The notes beneath the pieces are model-generated. The model was not told the origin of the DNA. It ran no database searches and saw nothing but the letters and a program-made list of their open reading frames with translations. Below, in pieces: positions 17,983 through 27,283 of a stretch of DNA of 64,000 bases. A program made the translations under genes and the position numbers. Position 1 is the stretch's first letter; every line of letters starts with the position of its first letter. Origin of the DNA: Acidimicrobiales bacterium (lineage in GTDB: Bacteria > Actinomycetota > Acidimicrobiia > Acidimicrobiales > UBA8190); the NCBI GenBank assembly GCA_031292675.1, contig JARLGQ010000073.1:629-64628 (forward strand), read 5' to 3'.

Positions 17983-18876
17983 TCAGGACTCGACGGCTTC
18001 GTCGCTCAGGCTCGGCGTCTCGCGAGCTGATTCCCTTCGGTCGAAAGTCATGAAGGCGACGAAGCCGATGATCAGGAGGCTGAAAGCCACGGCCACGCGG
18101 CCGTCGCCGAGGGCGAGACCACCCACGCGGTGCGACTTGCCCAGCCAGTCCGCGAACGAGGCACCGAGCGGTCGGGTGACGACGTACGCGAACCAGAAGG
18201 CGAACGTCTCTTTCAGGCCGAACAGCTTGTACCCCAGGGCCGGCACGGTGATAATCCCCGCGAACACGAATCCCGAGACGAGATACCCGAGGTGCAGGGT
18301 GGTGGCGGTCAGGTCACCGGCCGCGGTGCCGAGCGCAAAGGTCGCCATGACGGTCGCCCAGTAGAAGACCTCGCGGCGCCATGTATAGATGCTGTGGATG
18401 GACAGGGTCTTCTCGGTTGCGTACCAGGCCACGAAGACCGCAGCCAGTACCACCGCGAAGAGCGGGGTCGACACGCTGTAGGGGACGCCGAACTGGATGT
18501 GGAGCACGTCGGCGGCCATTGTCCCGGTCACGGCGACCATGGCCACGGCCAGCCAGTACACCCAGGGCACGTAGCGGCGCACAGAGAACTGCAGAACGAG
18601 CGCCACGACCAGGGCGATGCCGCCGAAGCCCACCGCGATGACGGGTTTGATCTGATGGACGAGGAAGTCCGACGCAGCCTCGCCCATCGCGGTCGTCAGG
18701 GCCTTGGTGATCCAGAAGATGGCCGTGATCTCGGGAACCTTGGTGGCCGGGTGACGCCCGGGAGTCGTGCGTCGAACACCTTCCGATGGGGCCCGGGCCC
18801 GATACCGAGCGCTGTCGTCTCCATGGCTCCCCGGGCGGAACAGACGGGCGGTTTCGGGTTGTCCAGCTTCGGTCAA
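17983..18876 (-). CDS. Polytopic membrane protein (COG4705-like, function unknown)
   Basis: The KVPEITAIFWITKALTTAMGEAASDF motif is followed by about 7 hydrophobic helices. The real start is probably downstream of 18876. Confidence 0.7.
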   Translation of the reverse strand: MTEAGQPETARLFRPGSHGDDSARYRARAPSEGVRRTTPGRHPATKVPEITAIFWITKALTTAMGEAASDFLVHQIKPVIAVGFGGIALVVALVLQFSVRRYVPWVYWLAVAMVAVTGTMAADVLHIQFGVPYSVSTPLFAVVLAAVFVAWYATEKTLSIHSIYTWRREVFYWATVMATFALGTAAGDLTATTLHLGYLVSGFVFAGIITVPALGYKLFGLKETFAFWFAYVVTRPLGASFADWLGKSHRVGGLALGDGRVAVAFSLLIIGFVAFMTFDRRESARETPSLSDEAVES

Positions 18877-18946
18877 CGTCCGGTTCGACCCTTCCTCGTG
18901 CAGACGGCGAAGGACACTTTACGCTCGGGTTCGATCCGAGGAGCGA

Positions 18947-19447
18947 TCAAGCTCCGAGAGGCTCGCGTTCCTTCGACTGTCTCGGCGGGGAGACATGGAC
19001 CAGGGCGACGTAGGTCACGACTGCGATGGCGACGTGCATCGCCATGAGGACGAGCACCGCCTTGACGGGCTCTCCCTTCACCAGGATCCAGAGGTCAGGC
19101 GCCCAGAGGACCAACGTCACGATCACGGCCAGACGGAGGAACAGCCATCTCGGCACGGAGGAGATCCAGGTCACGACGGGCCACGCCATGCACGCCACGA
19201 GTACTCCGATGATCGTGAGCTTGCCGTAGTCAGAGAACCGGAAGTGCACGTACCCCCTGGTGGCCGGAACCAGCGCGGTCCCGATCGCCACGAGGGCGGC
19301 GTCGGCTGCGAGGGACCCCACGACGGCGATGAGCGCCGCCACTGCGAACCGCACCGGCCGCGGTTGGCGGTGATCGGGTGGGAAGTCGACCTTGGAAAGG
19401 GCCAGCACCTGCGCCATCCACGGCCGTCCGTGGTCGGAACGAGCCAT
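18947..19447 (-). CDS. Small 4-TM membrane protein (hypothetical)
   Basis: 166 aa from ATG 19447, preceded by GAGGAG. It has four hydrophobic segments and high GC3. Confidence 0.65.
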   Translation of the reverse strand: MARSDHGRPWMAQVLALSKVDFPPDHRQPRPVRFAVAALIAVVGSLAADAALVAIGTALVPATRGYVHFRFSDYGKLTIIGVLVACMAWPVVTWISSVPRWLFLRLAVIVTLVLWAPDLWILVKGEPVKAVLVLMAMHVAIAVVTYVALVHVSPPRQSKEREPLGA

Positions 19448-19693
19448 GTCGTGCTCCTCTGGAGTCCAGACCTTCATCATGACAACGCTAGGGGCTGGCC
19501 TCGGCGATGCCGACCCCCGCGAGGATGATTCTGCACAGAGCCGAGTCATCCTCAAGTCGGATGTGGCTGACCGAAATCTGGGCTCTGACCAGCAAGATTG
19601 AGGACTTCTGGGAAACATCCCCGATGGACAGGGACGGTACGCTCAGACCACGGGAGCCCCCAAGGGTGGGACCCAAGGTGGGAAGAGTCACCT

Positions 19694-20920
19694 ATGCGCA
19701 CAGTGTTCGTCGCCGGAGATCCGGGACCTGGCCCGGTCCAACCCCCGCCCCAAGCCGACGAGGGTCTGTTCGGTGCGGTTCGTCGAATCGTGCACAAGCA
19801 CCCCCTCCCGGCCGACGCCCTTGCAGCCGGCGCATTGTTGGCTCTGTCGACACTGTGGCTGGTGCGGTCTTCTTCGTCCGGTGTCCAGATCGCCCTCGTC
19901 CAGGCGGCATTGATCGTGCCGCTCGTCTGGCGACGATCGAGCCCGACGGCCGTGTTCCTCGCCGTGTCGCTTGTCGCGCTGGCCCAATGGGCCCTCGGGT
20001 ACCGGCTCATCGGCGACGCCTCGCTTCTGGTGGCTCTTTACACCGTGGCCGTCCACGAGTCCCGGGTTCGCACGATGATGGCGGCAGGGGTTCTCGAGGT
20101 GGGGGCCGTGATGGCGGCGACGCGGTGGGAGCCGGCAGGGACGGCGCCGAGGTCCTTCCTCTTTCTCACCGCCACGGTCGTCGCCGCGCTCTTCGCCGGA
20201 TTGACGGTGCGCTCGGGCAGCGAGTACCTGGCGTGGCTCGCCGAAAGGGCGGCGCGACTGGAGGTCGAGCGGGACCAGCAGGCGGCCATCGGGGCGGCCT
20301 TGGAGCGGACACGTATCGCCAGGGAGTTGCACGACATCGTGGCGCACAGTCTCTCGGTGGTGATCACTCTGGCCGACGCAGCCTCCACCGTGAGCGCATC
20401 CGACCCCGCCCAGGCCGCACAGACGATGCATCAGGTGTCGGAGATCGGTCGTCAGGCTCTGGGTGACATGCGGACGATGATCGGCGTCCTGCGCACCGAG
20501 GACGCCGACACCGAGCTCGGTCCCCAGCCTGACATCGCCCAACTCCACGACCTCGTCGAGCGGGTACGGGCCACCGGGCTGGACGTGACCATGGAGGTGA
20601 CAGGGGAGGCCTTCCCTCTCGGAGCCGCCACCGAGCTCACGGTCTACCGGATCATCCAGGAGGCCCTCACGAACACGATCAAGCATGCCTCGGCGACCGA
20701 GGTCCATGTGTCGGTGCATTACGCCCGGCCCGCGGTCGAGCTGACGGTCACCGACAACGGGTCGGGCGTCGCCTCGACCGGAGGCGGCGGTCATGGCATC
20801 GAGGGCATGGGCGAGCGCGCCAGCCTGCATGGCGGATCGCTGGAGGCAGGGCCGGCTCCGGAACAGGGCTGGATCGTGTCGGCCATCCTCAGACCCGACA
20901 CGACGGGTGTCCACGCGTGA
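19694..20920 (+). CDS. Sensor histidine kinase (HisKA_3 / NarX-DesK type)
   Basis: TM helices are followed by the H-box (RIARELHDIVAHSL) and ATPase N/G boxes (EALTNTIKHA, DNGSG, GHGIEGM). ATG 19694 lies after GGAAGAG. Confidence 0.88.
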   Translation: MRTVFVAGDPGPGPVQPPPQADEGLFGAVRRIVHKHPLPADALAAGALLALSTLWLVRSSSSGVQIALVQAALIVPLVWRRSSPTAVFLAVSLVALAQWALGYRLIGDASLLVALYTVAVHESRVRTMMAAGVLEVGAVMAATRWEPAGTAPRSFLFLTATVVAALFAGLTVRSGSEYLAWLAERAARLEVERDQQAAIGAALERTRIARELHDIVAHSLSVVITLADAASTVSASDPAQAAQTMHQVSEIGRQALGDMRTMIGVLRTEDADTELGPQPDIAQLHDLVERVRATGLDVTMEVTGEAFPLGAATELTVYRIIQEALTNTIKHASATEVHVSVHYARPAVELTVTDNGSGVASTGGGGHGIEGMGERASLHGGSLEAGPAPEQGWIVSAILRPDTTGVHA

Positions 20921-21597
20921 CCATCCGCGTGCTCCTCGCCGACGACCAGGAACTGCTGCGGATGGGCTTCAGGATGATCCTCACCCAGGAGCCCGGGATC
21001 GAGGTCGTGGGAGAGGCGGGCAACGGAGAAGAGGCGATCGCACTGGCGTCGAGTTGTGATCCGCACGTGGTGCTGATGGATGTCCGCATGCCGGTCGTCG
21101 ACGGAATCGAGGCCACACGGCAGATCGTCTCGGACAACCCCGCGGTGCGGGTGTTGGTGCTCACGACATTCGATCTCGACGCCTACGCCTTCGGTGCACT
21201 GCGAGCCGGCGCCAGTGGGTTCCTCCTCAAAGACGTCCCCCCCGCCGAGCTCGTCGCAGGAATCCGGGCCGTCGCTTCAGGGGATGCGGTGGTATCGCCG
21301 CGCATCACCCGCCGCCTCCTCGACGAGTTCGCGCCCCTGTTGGAACCCCCTGGTCACCGAGAACTGGCTCAGGGCGCTTCGGCCATGGCCAAGCTGACGG
21401 ATCGTGAGCAGGAGGTCCTGGTGGCGGTGGCCGAAGGGCTCTCCAATGCCGAGATCGCGGGGCGGCTCTTCGTCTCCGAGGCGACAGTGAAGTCACACGT
21501 CGGGCGCATTCTCGCCAAGCTCGGGCTCCGCGATCGGGTCCAAGCCGTCGTCTTCGCCTTCCAGACAGGCATCGTCCGCCCCCAGGGCAGGCCCTGA
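20917..21597 (+). CDS. Response regulator, NarL/LuxR family
   Basis: The receiver domain reads RVLLADDQ...VVLMDVRMP. The LuxR HTH reads LTDREQEVLVAVAEGLSNAEIAGRLFVSEATVKSHV. The GTG overlaps the kinase stop (GTGA). Confidence 0.92.
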   Translation: MTIRVLLADDQELLRMGFRMILTQEPGIEVVGEAGNGEEAIALASSCDPHVVLMDVRMPVVDGIEATRQIVSDNPAVRVLVLTTFDLDAYAFGALRAGASGFLLKDVPPAELVAGIRAVASGDAVVSPRITRRLLDEFAPLLEPPGHRELAQGASAMAKLTDREQEVLVAVAEGLSNAEIAGRLFVSEATVKSHVGRILAKLGLRDRVQAVVFAFQTGIVRPQGRP

Positions 21598-21623
21598 GAA
21601 CGACGCCGCGAAGGGGCGAATCC

Positions 21624-22388
21624 CTACCGTCGCCTCCTTCCGATCACCGTGACGAGACCCGCAGGCAGCGTCTCGGTGCCGAACGACGGCGCGACCGACG
21701 CCTCCACGCCATGCTCACCGAGGAGCGTCGGCAGGCGCGACGTGTCGACCAGGACGTTGTCGTGCCTCTCGTCGTCGCGGCGCCACGAGCCGTCGGGGTT
21801 CCGGACGAACGTCGTCATCATCCGGACGAACCGGTTTGGTGACGGGACGGAGAACTCGGTCACGAGGACCCATCGGTCACCGCGCCAGACCTGGGGTGGC
21901 GCGTGCTGACGGGCGATGCCCCATGCCAGGTCGCACAGGTCGATGGTGAGGACGCCACCGGGGCGGAGCGCGCCGGCCAGTGCCACCAGGGCCAGGTCGA
22001 CCGACGCTTCATCGTCGAGATAGCTCAACACGTGACCGACGGACACGATGGCATCGGCCGAGGGGACCGCATCGTCGGGAAGTCGCAGCAGCCGGAAGTC
22101 CTCCGCACCCGGGGCATGCCGGCGTGCCAGTTCGAGCATCGCCTCCGAGGCGTCGGTGGCGATCACACGATGTCCGGCCTCGACCAGGTGGCGGGTCAGC
22201 TGCCCGCTGCCACAGCCGACTTCCACCACGAGGCCGCGGCGCTCGCGGACGGGGGCCAGAAGCTCGAGGATCCCCGGGGCACAGGCATCGGCGTGGAATC
22301 CGAACCCCTCGTGATGGATGAGCGCGAGGTTTTCCCGGTAATACGGCGGGCGCGCCGTGGACCCGTCCACGGCCTCAGTATCCCCCAT
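21624..22388 (-). CDS. Class I SAM-dependent methyltransferase
   Basis: 254 aa. It has motif I (VVEVGCGSGQLT) and post-I (VIATDASEAML). Confidence 0.85.
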   Translation of the reverse strand: MGDTEAVDGSTARPPYYRENLALIHHEGFGFHADACAPGILELLAPVRERRGLVVEVGCGSGQLTRHLVEAGHRVIATDASEAMLELARRHAPGAEDFRLLRLPDDAVPSADAIVSVGHVLSYLDDEASVDLALVALAGALRPGGVLTIDLCDLAWGIARQHAPPQVWRGDRWVLVTEFSVPSPNRFVRMMTTFVRNPDGSWRRDDERHDNVLVDTSRLPTLLGEHGVEASVAPSFGTETLPAGLVTVIGRRRR

Positions 22389-22421
22389 GCCGTGGACCGA
22401 CGCCGCCGTTGAACGGCTCGG

Positions 22422-22766
22422 CTACCGCTTCGGGTGCCCCTCCATCTCGATGATCTCGGCCACGTGCTTGCGGAGCTTCTCGGCCCCCATTTCGAACAGG
22501 GACGTCCTTCTGTCCTCGGTGCCGGAGGGCACCCTGGCCCGTACCGCGTCGCCCAGGGCGTCGGCCAGGGTCTGGATCAGCATCGGCGCCTCGTCGACCG
22601 GCAGCCGGAACGTCGCCCGGCAGACCGAGCCGTGCCAGAGGCTCACGATGACCAGTTCCTCGTCGCGGTGCCACGAGACCTCCATGCGCCTTCCGTCATC
22701 CCTGGCGTCGGAGAACCACTGGCGGCGGACCGCGTCCACACGGGGGAGGGGCACCGCCTTCATCAT
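22422..22766 (-). CDS. Hypothetical protein
   Basis: About 114 aa from ATG 22766/22763. GC3 is very high, and the composition is protein-like (EVSWHRDEELVIVSLWHGSVCRATFRLPVDEAPMLIQTLADAL). I recognise no family. Confidence 0.6.
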   Translation of the reverse strand: MMKAVPLPRVDAVRRQWFSDARDDGRRMEVSWHRDEELVIVSLWHGSVCRATFRLPVDEAPMLIQTLADALGDAVRARVPSGTEDRRTSLFEMGAEKLRKHVAEIIEMEGHPKR

Positions 22767-22882
22767 GAACCCGGGGGATGGTGTCGCACCAGAGGGAAGC
22801 ACTTTGCAAACGCGTTACGAATTTGACCCCGCACACCACCCTGATGTGAGGTCGCCCGGGCGGCGGTCCTCGAGGGGCCGGG

Positions 22883-23923
22883 TCAGGCGAGCCGGACTCC
22901 CCGGGCCAGTTTGCGGCGCGGCGTGCGCAACCGGCGGGTGGCGACCGTGAGCATGAACCCGCCGAGCAGCACGTCGAAGCCGAGCCCGTAGGGCCAGACG
23001 AGGCCCCCCCGCCTCGGCGACAGGTTCGGGCCCACGGCCAGCGCCGGTGGGGCACGCAACGACCGGACGCTGCGACTGATGTCGCCGAGGGGGTCGACGC
23101 CGTTCTGGGCCGGATAGGTGCAATAGGTGCTGGTGGACGCGCCGGTGGTCACGTTGTGACACGTCGGTGGCTGCTGCGTGGTGACCGGTGCTGCGTCGGC
23201 GAGGACCACGAAGGGGTTGGGGGCCAACAGCCACCAGGTGAGGTCCGTTCGCTCCACGTTCTCGGTGGAATTGCAACAGCCGGCCGGCACGTTGTTGCCC
23301 GGTGGCGAGAAATGCACGACGCGCGTCTGCGTCGTGGCCGCCGTCACCAGACCGAACAGGATCAGAGTCCCGACGGTCAGACCGAAGACACAGAGATACG
23401 ACAGCACGCTGGAGGTGGTCCCCCGTGACAGAAGCGCCGAGAGCCCCAGCGAAATGGCGCAGATCACACCCAGGAGCAGAGCCACGACGAAGGTGACCGT
23501 GACGACCCGGATGACCGGTACGCCGCCTTCGACCATGCTCCAGGCGACCAGGGGGGCTGAAACGAGCAGGAAGATACAGGCCGTGCCCCAGGCGGCGAGC
23601 AGCTTGCCTGCCGCGATGTCGAAGGCCGACAACTCGGTGACCTGCAGGACCCCCAGGGTTCCCCGCTCGCGATCACCGTTGATCGACTGAGCGGTGAGCG
23701 CGGGCATGACGAGCAGCGCGAGGCCCAGGAGGAACAGCTGCAGTCCCCCGTACATCACGGTGCCACGGTCACCGTCGAGCCCGGTCGCATTCGACAATGC
23801 CACGCGCAGGAGAGCGGTGAAGACAACGAGGACGACGAACCATCCGGCCAGGAGCCAACGCCAGCGCCCGGCACGGATCCGTACCGTCAGCTCGAGCCGG
23901 GCCACGGTCAGGATGCCCTTCAT
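22883..23923 (-). CDS. ABC-2-type transporter permease
   Basis: 346 aa from ATG 23923, which overlaps the ATPase stop (ATGA). It has 6 hydrophobic helices and a Cys-containing extracytoplasmic loop. Confidence 0.8.
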   Translation of the reverse strand: MKGILTVARLELTVRIRAGRWRWLLAGWFVVLVVFTALLRVALSNATGLDGDRGTVMYGGLQLFLLGLALLVMPALTAQSINGDRERGTLGVLQVTELSAFDIAAGKLLAAWGTACIFLLVSAPLVAWSMVEGGVPVIRVVTVTFVVALLLGVICAISLGLSALLSRGTTSSVLSYLCVFGLTVGTLILFGLVTAATTQTRVVHFSPPGNNVPAGCCNSTENVERTDLTWWLLAPNPFVVLADAAPVTTQQPPTCHNVTTGASTSTYCTYPAQNGVDPLGDISRSVRSLRAPPALAVGPNLSPRRGGLVWPYGLGFDVLLGGFMLTVATRRLRTPRRKLARGVRLA

Positions 23924-24885
23924 CCCTGCTCCCCGGTGAGCTCCAGGTATGTCGCCTCGAGCGAGCCCGTGAGCGGCGCGCAGGAGACCACGTGCACACC
24001 GTCGTGGACGAGGCCCGCGATGAGTCCGGCGGCGGCTTCGTCGGAGACGAGCTCGACGTCGACTCCACCCGGCGTGGGGTCGGCGTGGGGGTAGTTGTGC
24101 AGGTCGAGGGCCGTGACGAGCTCGCTCTGGTTCAGGGCGCGCAGGCGCCACATCCGGGGCCCCGGGGCACGGGCCATGTCGTCGATTCGACGCTCACCGA
24201 CGGTGACGCCCCGATCGACGAAGACGACACGGTCGGCCAGCTGCTCCAGGTCAGACAGCACGTGACTGGAGACGACGACGGCGGCTCCCTGTGCCGCCAG
24301 ACGACGCAGAATGTCACGCAGCTCCACCCGGCTGTAGGGGTCCAAGCCGGCCGCGGGCTCGTCCAGCAGCAGTACCCGAGGCTCGTGGACGAGCGACCGC
24401 ACGAAACCGAGCCGTTGTTTCTGGCCCCGGGACAGCACGTGCACGGGCCGGTCCGCGTAGTCCCGGAGCCGGGACAGGGACAAGAGCTCTTCCGCCCGGG
24501 CGGCGGCACGTGAGCCCAGGCCATAGGCGGCGCCCGCGAAGTTCAGGTACTCGCGCGCCGTCAGGTTGTCGTACACGCCGAATACATCGGGCACCCGGCC
24601 CAGCCGGGTCCGCGCCGCGCGCGTCTCGGTCACAGGGTCGTGACCTGCGATCCTCACCGTCCCTGCGTCGGGCATGAGAAGTGTGGCGAGCACCAGCAGC
24701 AGGGTCGTCTTGCCGGCTCCGTTTGGTCCCACGAGCCCGGTGACCTCGCCGTAGCGTGCGGTGAAGTCGACCCCCCGGAGAGCCTCGACAGCGCCGAATC
24801 GCCGCCACACGCCGGATGCGGCCACCCCGTCGCCGGACGACGGTGATGCCGTCGGTGGCTCCTCGGCAACCGGGTTCACCACCAC
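23920..24885 (-). CDS. ABC transporter ATP-binding protein
   Basis: Walker A is GPNGAGKTT, the signature is LSRGQKQRL and Walker B is VLLLDEP. The start is one of three GTGs at 24879-24885, after GGGAGAG. Confidence 0.9.
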   Translation of the reverse strand: MVVNPVAEEPPTASPSSGDGVAASGVWRRFGAVEALRGVDFTARYGEVTGLVGPNGAGKTTLLLVLATLLMPDAGTVRIAGHDPVTETRAARTRLGRVPDVFGVYDNLTAREYLNFAGAAYGLGSRAAARAEELLSLSRLRDYADRPVHVLSRGQKQRLGFVRSLVHEPRVLLLDEPAAGLDPYSRVELRDILRRLAAQGAAVVVSSHVLSDLEQLADRVVFVDRGVTVGERRIDDMARAPGPRMWRLRALNQSELVTALDLHNYPHADPTPGGVDVELVSDEAAAGLIAGLVHDGVHVVSCAPLTGSLEATYLELTGEQG

Positions 24886-25091
24886 TGGCTCTCCCTCTGC
24901 AGCGCGGCCTGCGAGCCCATATCCGGGGCGGCATCCCTTGGTCCGCCGGAGCAATGCTAGGTGGTGACGACAGGCCGGCACGAGCCCCGAGCGTGTTTTC
25001 CACTCCGGCGGATACGATCACGGTCGAGGGCCGGATTTCCGTGTCCCTGTGCATGCAGAGCCGACATGGCAGTGAGGAGTTCGGCACTTCG

Positions 25092-25304
25092 ATGATGGAC
25101 GACGATCTGACCGGCATGGTGGGGCGGGTGTCGATTCCGATACCGACCGACGGAGCCGGGGAGGTCATTCTGAGCGTCCGAGGTGGCTCCGAGGCGTTCA
25201 CGGCCTACACGCAGGGCAATGAGGCCCTGACCAAGAATGCCCGTGCTGTCGTGGTCGAGCAGACGGGGCCCCGCACGATCTTGGTCACCGCTGCGGGGTA
25301 CTGA
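25092..25304 (+). CDS. NfeD-like OB-fold protein (soluble, short)
   Basis: 70 aa from ATG 25092, with GAGGAG 12 nt upstream. It contains GMVGRVSIPIPTDGAGEVILSVRGGSEAFTAY...AVVVEQTGPRTILV and resembles the C-terminal OB domain of NfeD. It sits directly upstream of a flotillin gene. Confidence 0.6.
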   Translation: MMDDDLTGMVGRVSIPIPTDGAGEVILSVRGGSEAFTAYTQGNEALTKNARAVVVEQTGPRTILVTAAGY

Positions 25305-25334
25305 ATTCTCACTGACGAGAAGGGGCCGAACACC

Positions 25335-26546
25335 ATGTTCTTCTACAGAATTCCCGAACCGAACCAGGCGCTCGTCATCTCCGGGGCCAAGGGCGATGCC
25401 GACGGCGCCCAGTTTCGAATCGTCACCGGGCACGGCACCTTCGTCGCACCGTGGCGGTCACGAGCACGCATACTCTCGCTCGACCTCTACGAAGCCGAGC
25501 TCGAAGAGAACTGCGTGACCAGCCAGGGCATCCCGCTCACCGTCCAGGCCGTCGCGGTGTTCAAGGTCGCAGACGATTTCCAGTCGATCGCCAACGCCGC
25601 CCGGCGATTCCTCGACCAGCAGGACCAGATGGAGTCCCTCGTGGGCCAGATCCTGGCCGGTCACCTGCGCTCGATCGTAGGCAGCCTCACCGTGGAGAAG
25701 ATCATCACGGATCGCAACAGCCTTGCCCAGGAGGTCAAGTCGGCATCATCCGACGAGATGGAGAAGCTCGGGCTCGTCGTCGACGCCTTTCAGATCCAAG
25801 AGGTGGGAGATCCGTCGGGGTACATCAAGAACCTCGCCGCGCCCCACATCGCCGAGGTCGAGAAGAACGCTCGCATCGCCCAAGCGCAGGCTGACCAGGC
25901 TGCCACTGAGCGAGAGCAGGAGGCCAACGCCCAGAAAGCGGGGTTCACCCGGGATTCGGAGATCAAACAGGCCGGTGCCCGGGCGGAGGTGCAAGCCGCC
26001 CAGGCGGAGGCCGACCAGGCCGGACCTCTGTCTCAAGCCAAGGCCGCACAGAAGGTGACCGAGGAGCAGGCGGCCCTGGCGGCCAAGCAGGCCGAGAAGC
26101 GGGAAGCGGAGCTCGTGGCAGAGGTGCAGAAGCCGGCCGACGCCGAGGCCTACAAGACGGTCAAGCTCGCCCAGGCGCAACGCGACGCTATGCGGGCCCA
26201 GGCCGACGCGCTCGCCGACGGCAATCTCGAGCGGATCGTCGCCTCGAAGATGGTCGAGATGATGCCGGCCATCGTGGCGTCGCTCGCCCAGGGCCTCAGC
26301 GGCTCCAATCTGAGTGTCGTCAACGGGGCTGAAGGCGTCGGGCAGGTCGTCACGGGATTGGTGGCATCCGGACGGTCCATCTACGACGCGCTGTTGTCCG
26401 CCGTCCCCGGGACCGTACCCCTCGCATCGGCCGGGGACACCGCCGAATTGGAAGCTGAGGACCTGTCCCGTGCCCCGGAGGTGGCGGCGGGACCTCCACT
26501 GCACGATGGTGATTCGCGAGGAGCACGGCTCCGCGGGCCGGCCTGA
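25335..26546 (+). CDS. Flotillin-like SPFH protein
   Basis: 403 aa. An SPFH core is followed by a long Ala/Glu/Gln-rich coiled-coil (AQAQADQAATEREQEANAQKA...), as in flotillins. GAGAAGGGG lies before the ATG. Confidence 0.9.
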   Translation: MFFYRIPEPNQALVISGAKGDADGAQFRIVTGHGTFVAPWRSRARILSLDLYEAELEENCVTSQGIPLTVQAVAVFKVADDFQSIANAARRFLDQQDQMESLVGQILAGHLRSIVGSLTVEKIITDRNSLAQEVKSASSDEMEKLGLVVDAFQIQEVGDPSGYIKNLAAPHIAEVEKNARIAQAQADQAATEREQEANAQKAGFTRDSEIKQAGARAEVQAAQAEADQAGPLSQAKAAQKVTEEQAALAAKQAEKREAELVAEVQKPADAEAYKTVKLAQAQRDAMRAQADALADGNLERIVASKMVEMMPAIVASLAQGLSGSNLSVVNGAEGVGQVVTGLVASGRSIYDALLSAVPGTVPLASAGDTAELEAEDLSRAPEVAAGPPLHDGDSRGARLRGPA

Positions 26547-26573
26547 GATCGCGTCCGGACCCCACCGCAGCAA

Positions 26574-27041
26574 TCAGGAATTCGAGCTCGCCCCTCGGTC
26601 CTGGGCTTGTGTGCCGGGGGCCCTTGTCGTCAACGCATCGATCAGGAAGCCCAGACCGATGCCGAACATCCACACGTCTTTGCTGACCGCGGTCCCGGCC
26701 CGACTCGGCCAGATGCTGCCGGGCAAGTGCATGGCAGGCGTGCGCGCGTACATCGCCAACAGCGATCCGGAGAATGCACTGAGCGCCGCGCCTGCGACGC
26801 TGGTGGGCACGAGCGGTGTGAGCAGTGCCGCTCCGGTCCCGATCTCTCCCATCGCCAGAAGACGGACGAACTTCGCCGGGGGAAGGCCCTTCAGAACGGG
26901 GAAGGCCGCCGCCGCCATGTCGTGGACGGCGGCGGCGCGTGTCTCGTCCGCGTTCCACTTCAGCCATCCCGCGTGCAAGATGTAGACACCCGTGGTAATC
27001 CGGCCTGGCAAGTCACGGGCCTTGAGCGGTAGAGCCATCAC
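26574..27041 (-). CDS. Small polytopic membrane protein (hypothetical)
   Basis: About 154 aa with 4 hydrophobic segments. The start (GTG 27041 / ATG 27038) lies 6 nt after the stop of the 36-aa ORF. Confidence 0.65.
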   Translation of the reverse strand: MMALPLKARDLPGRITTGVYILHAGWLKWNADETRAAAVHDMAAAAFPVLKGLPPAKFVRLLAMGEIGTGAALLTPLVPTSVAGAALSAFSGSLLAMYARTPAMHLPGSIWPSRAGTAVSKDVWMFGIGLGFLIDALTTRAPGTQAQDRGASSNS

Positions 27042-27046
27042 GACCC

Positions 27047-27157
27047 CTATCCGACGAATGACTCGAGCTGCTTGACGAGCGTGTCCTCGATCTTGCCCTG
27101 CAGAGCACTCAGGTCGGTGTCTCTGTTCCTGAATGGCTGGACCTTCTCACCAATCAT
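27047..27157 (-). CDS. 36-aa ORF (MIGEKVQPFRNRDTDLSALQGKIEDTLVKQLESFVG), hypothetical
   Basis: It is below the ORF-track cutoff. ATG 27157 is preceded by GAGAGGAGGCAGC, a strong SD with good spacing. GC3 is about 78 %. Its TAG stop lies a few nt before the next gene's start. Confidence 0.45.
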   Translation of the reverse strand: MIGEKVQPFRNRDTDLSALQGKIEDTLVKQLESFVG

Positions 27158-27283
27158 GCTGCCTCCTCTCGAGGTCTTGCCCGACCTTGCCCGCGCCGTG
27201 GGAGGCAGGTGCGCGACACGTCGAGCCCTCGGTCGGTTTGAACCTACCGGAGTTCCCTGCAGGCGATGGGTCGCCCTCAGGGC

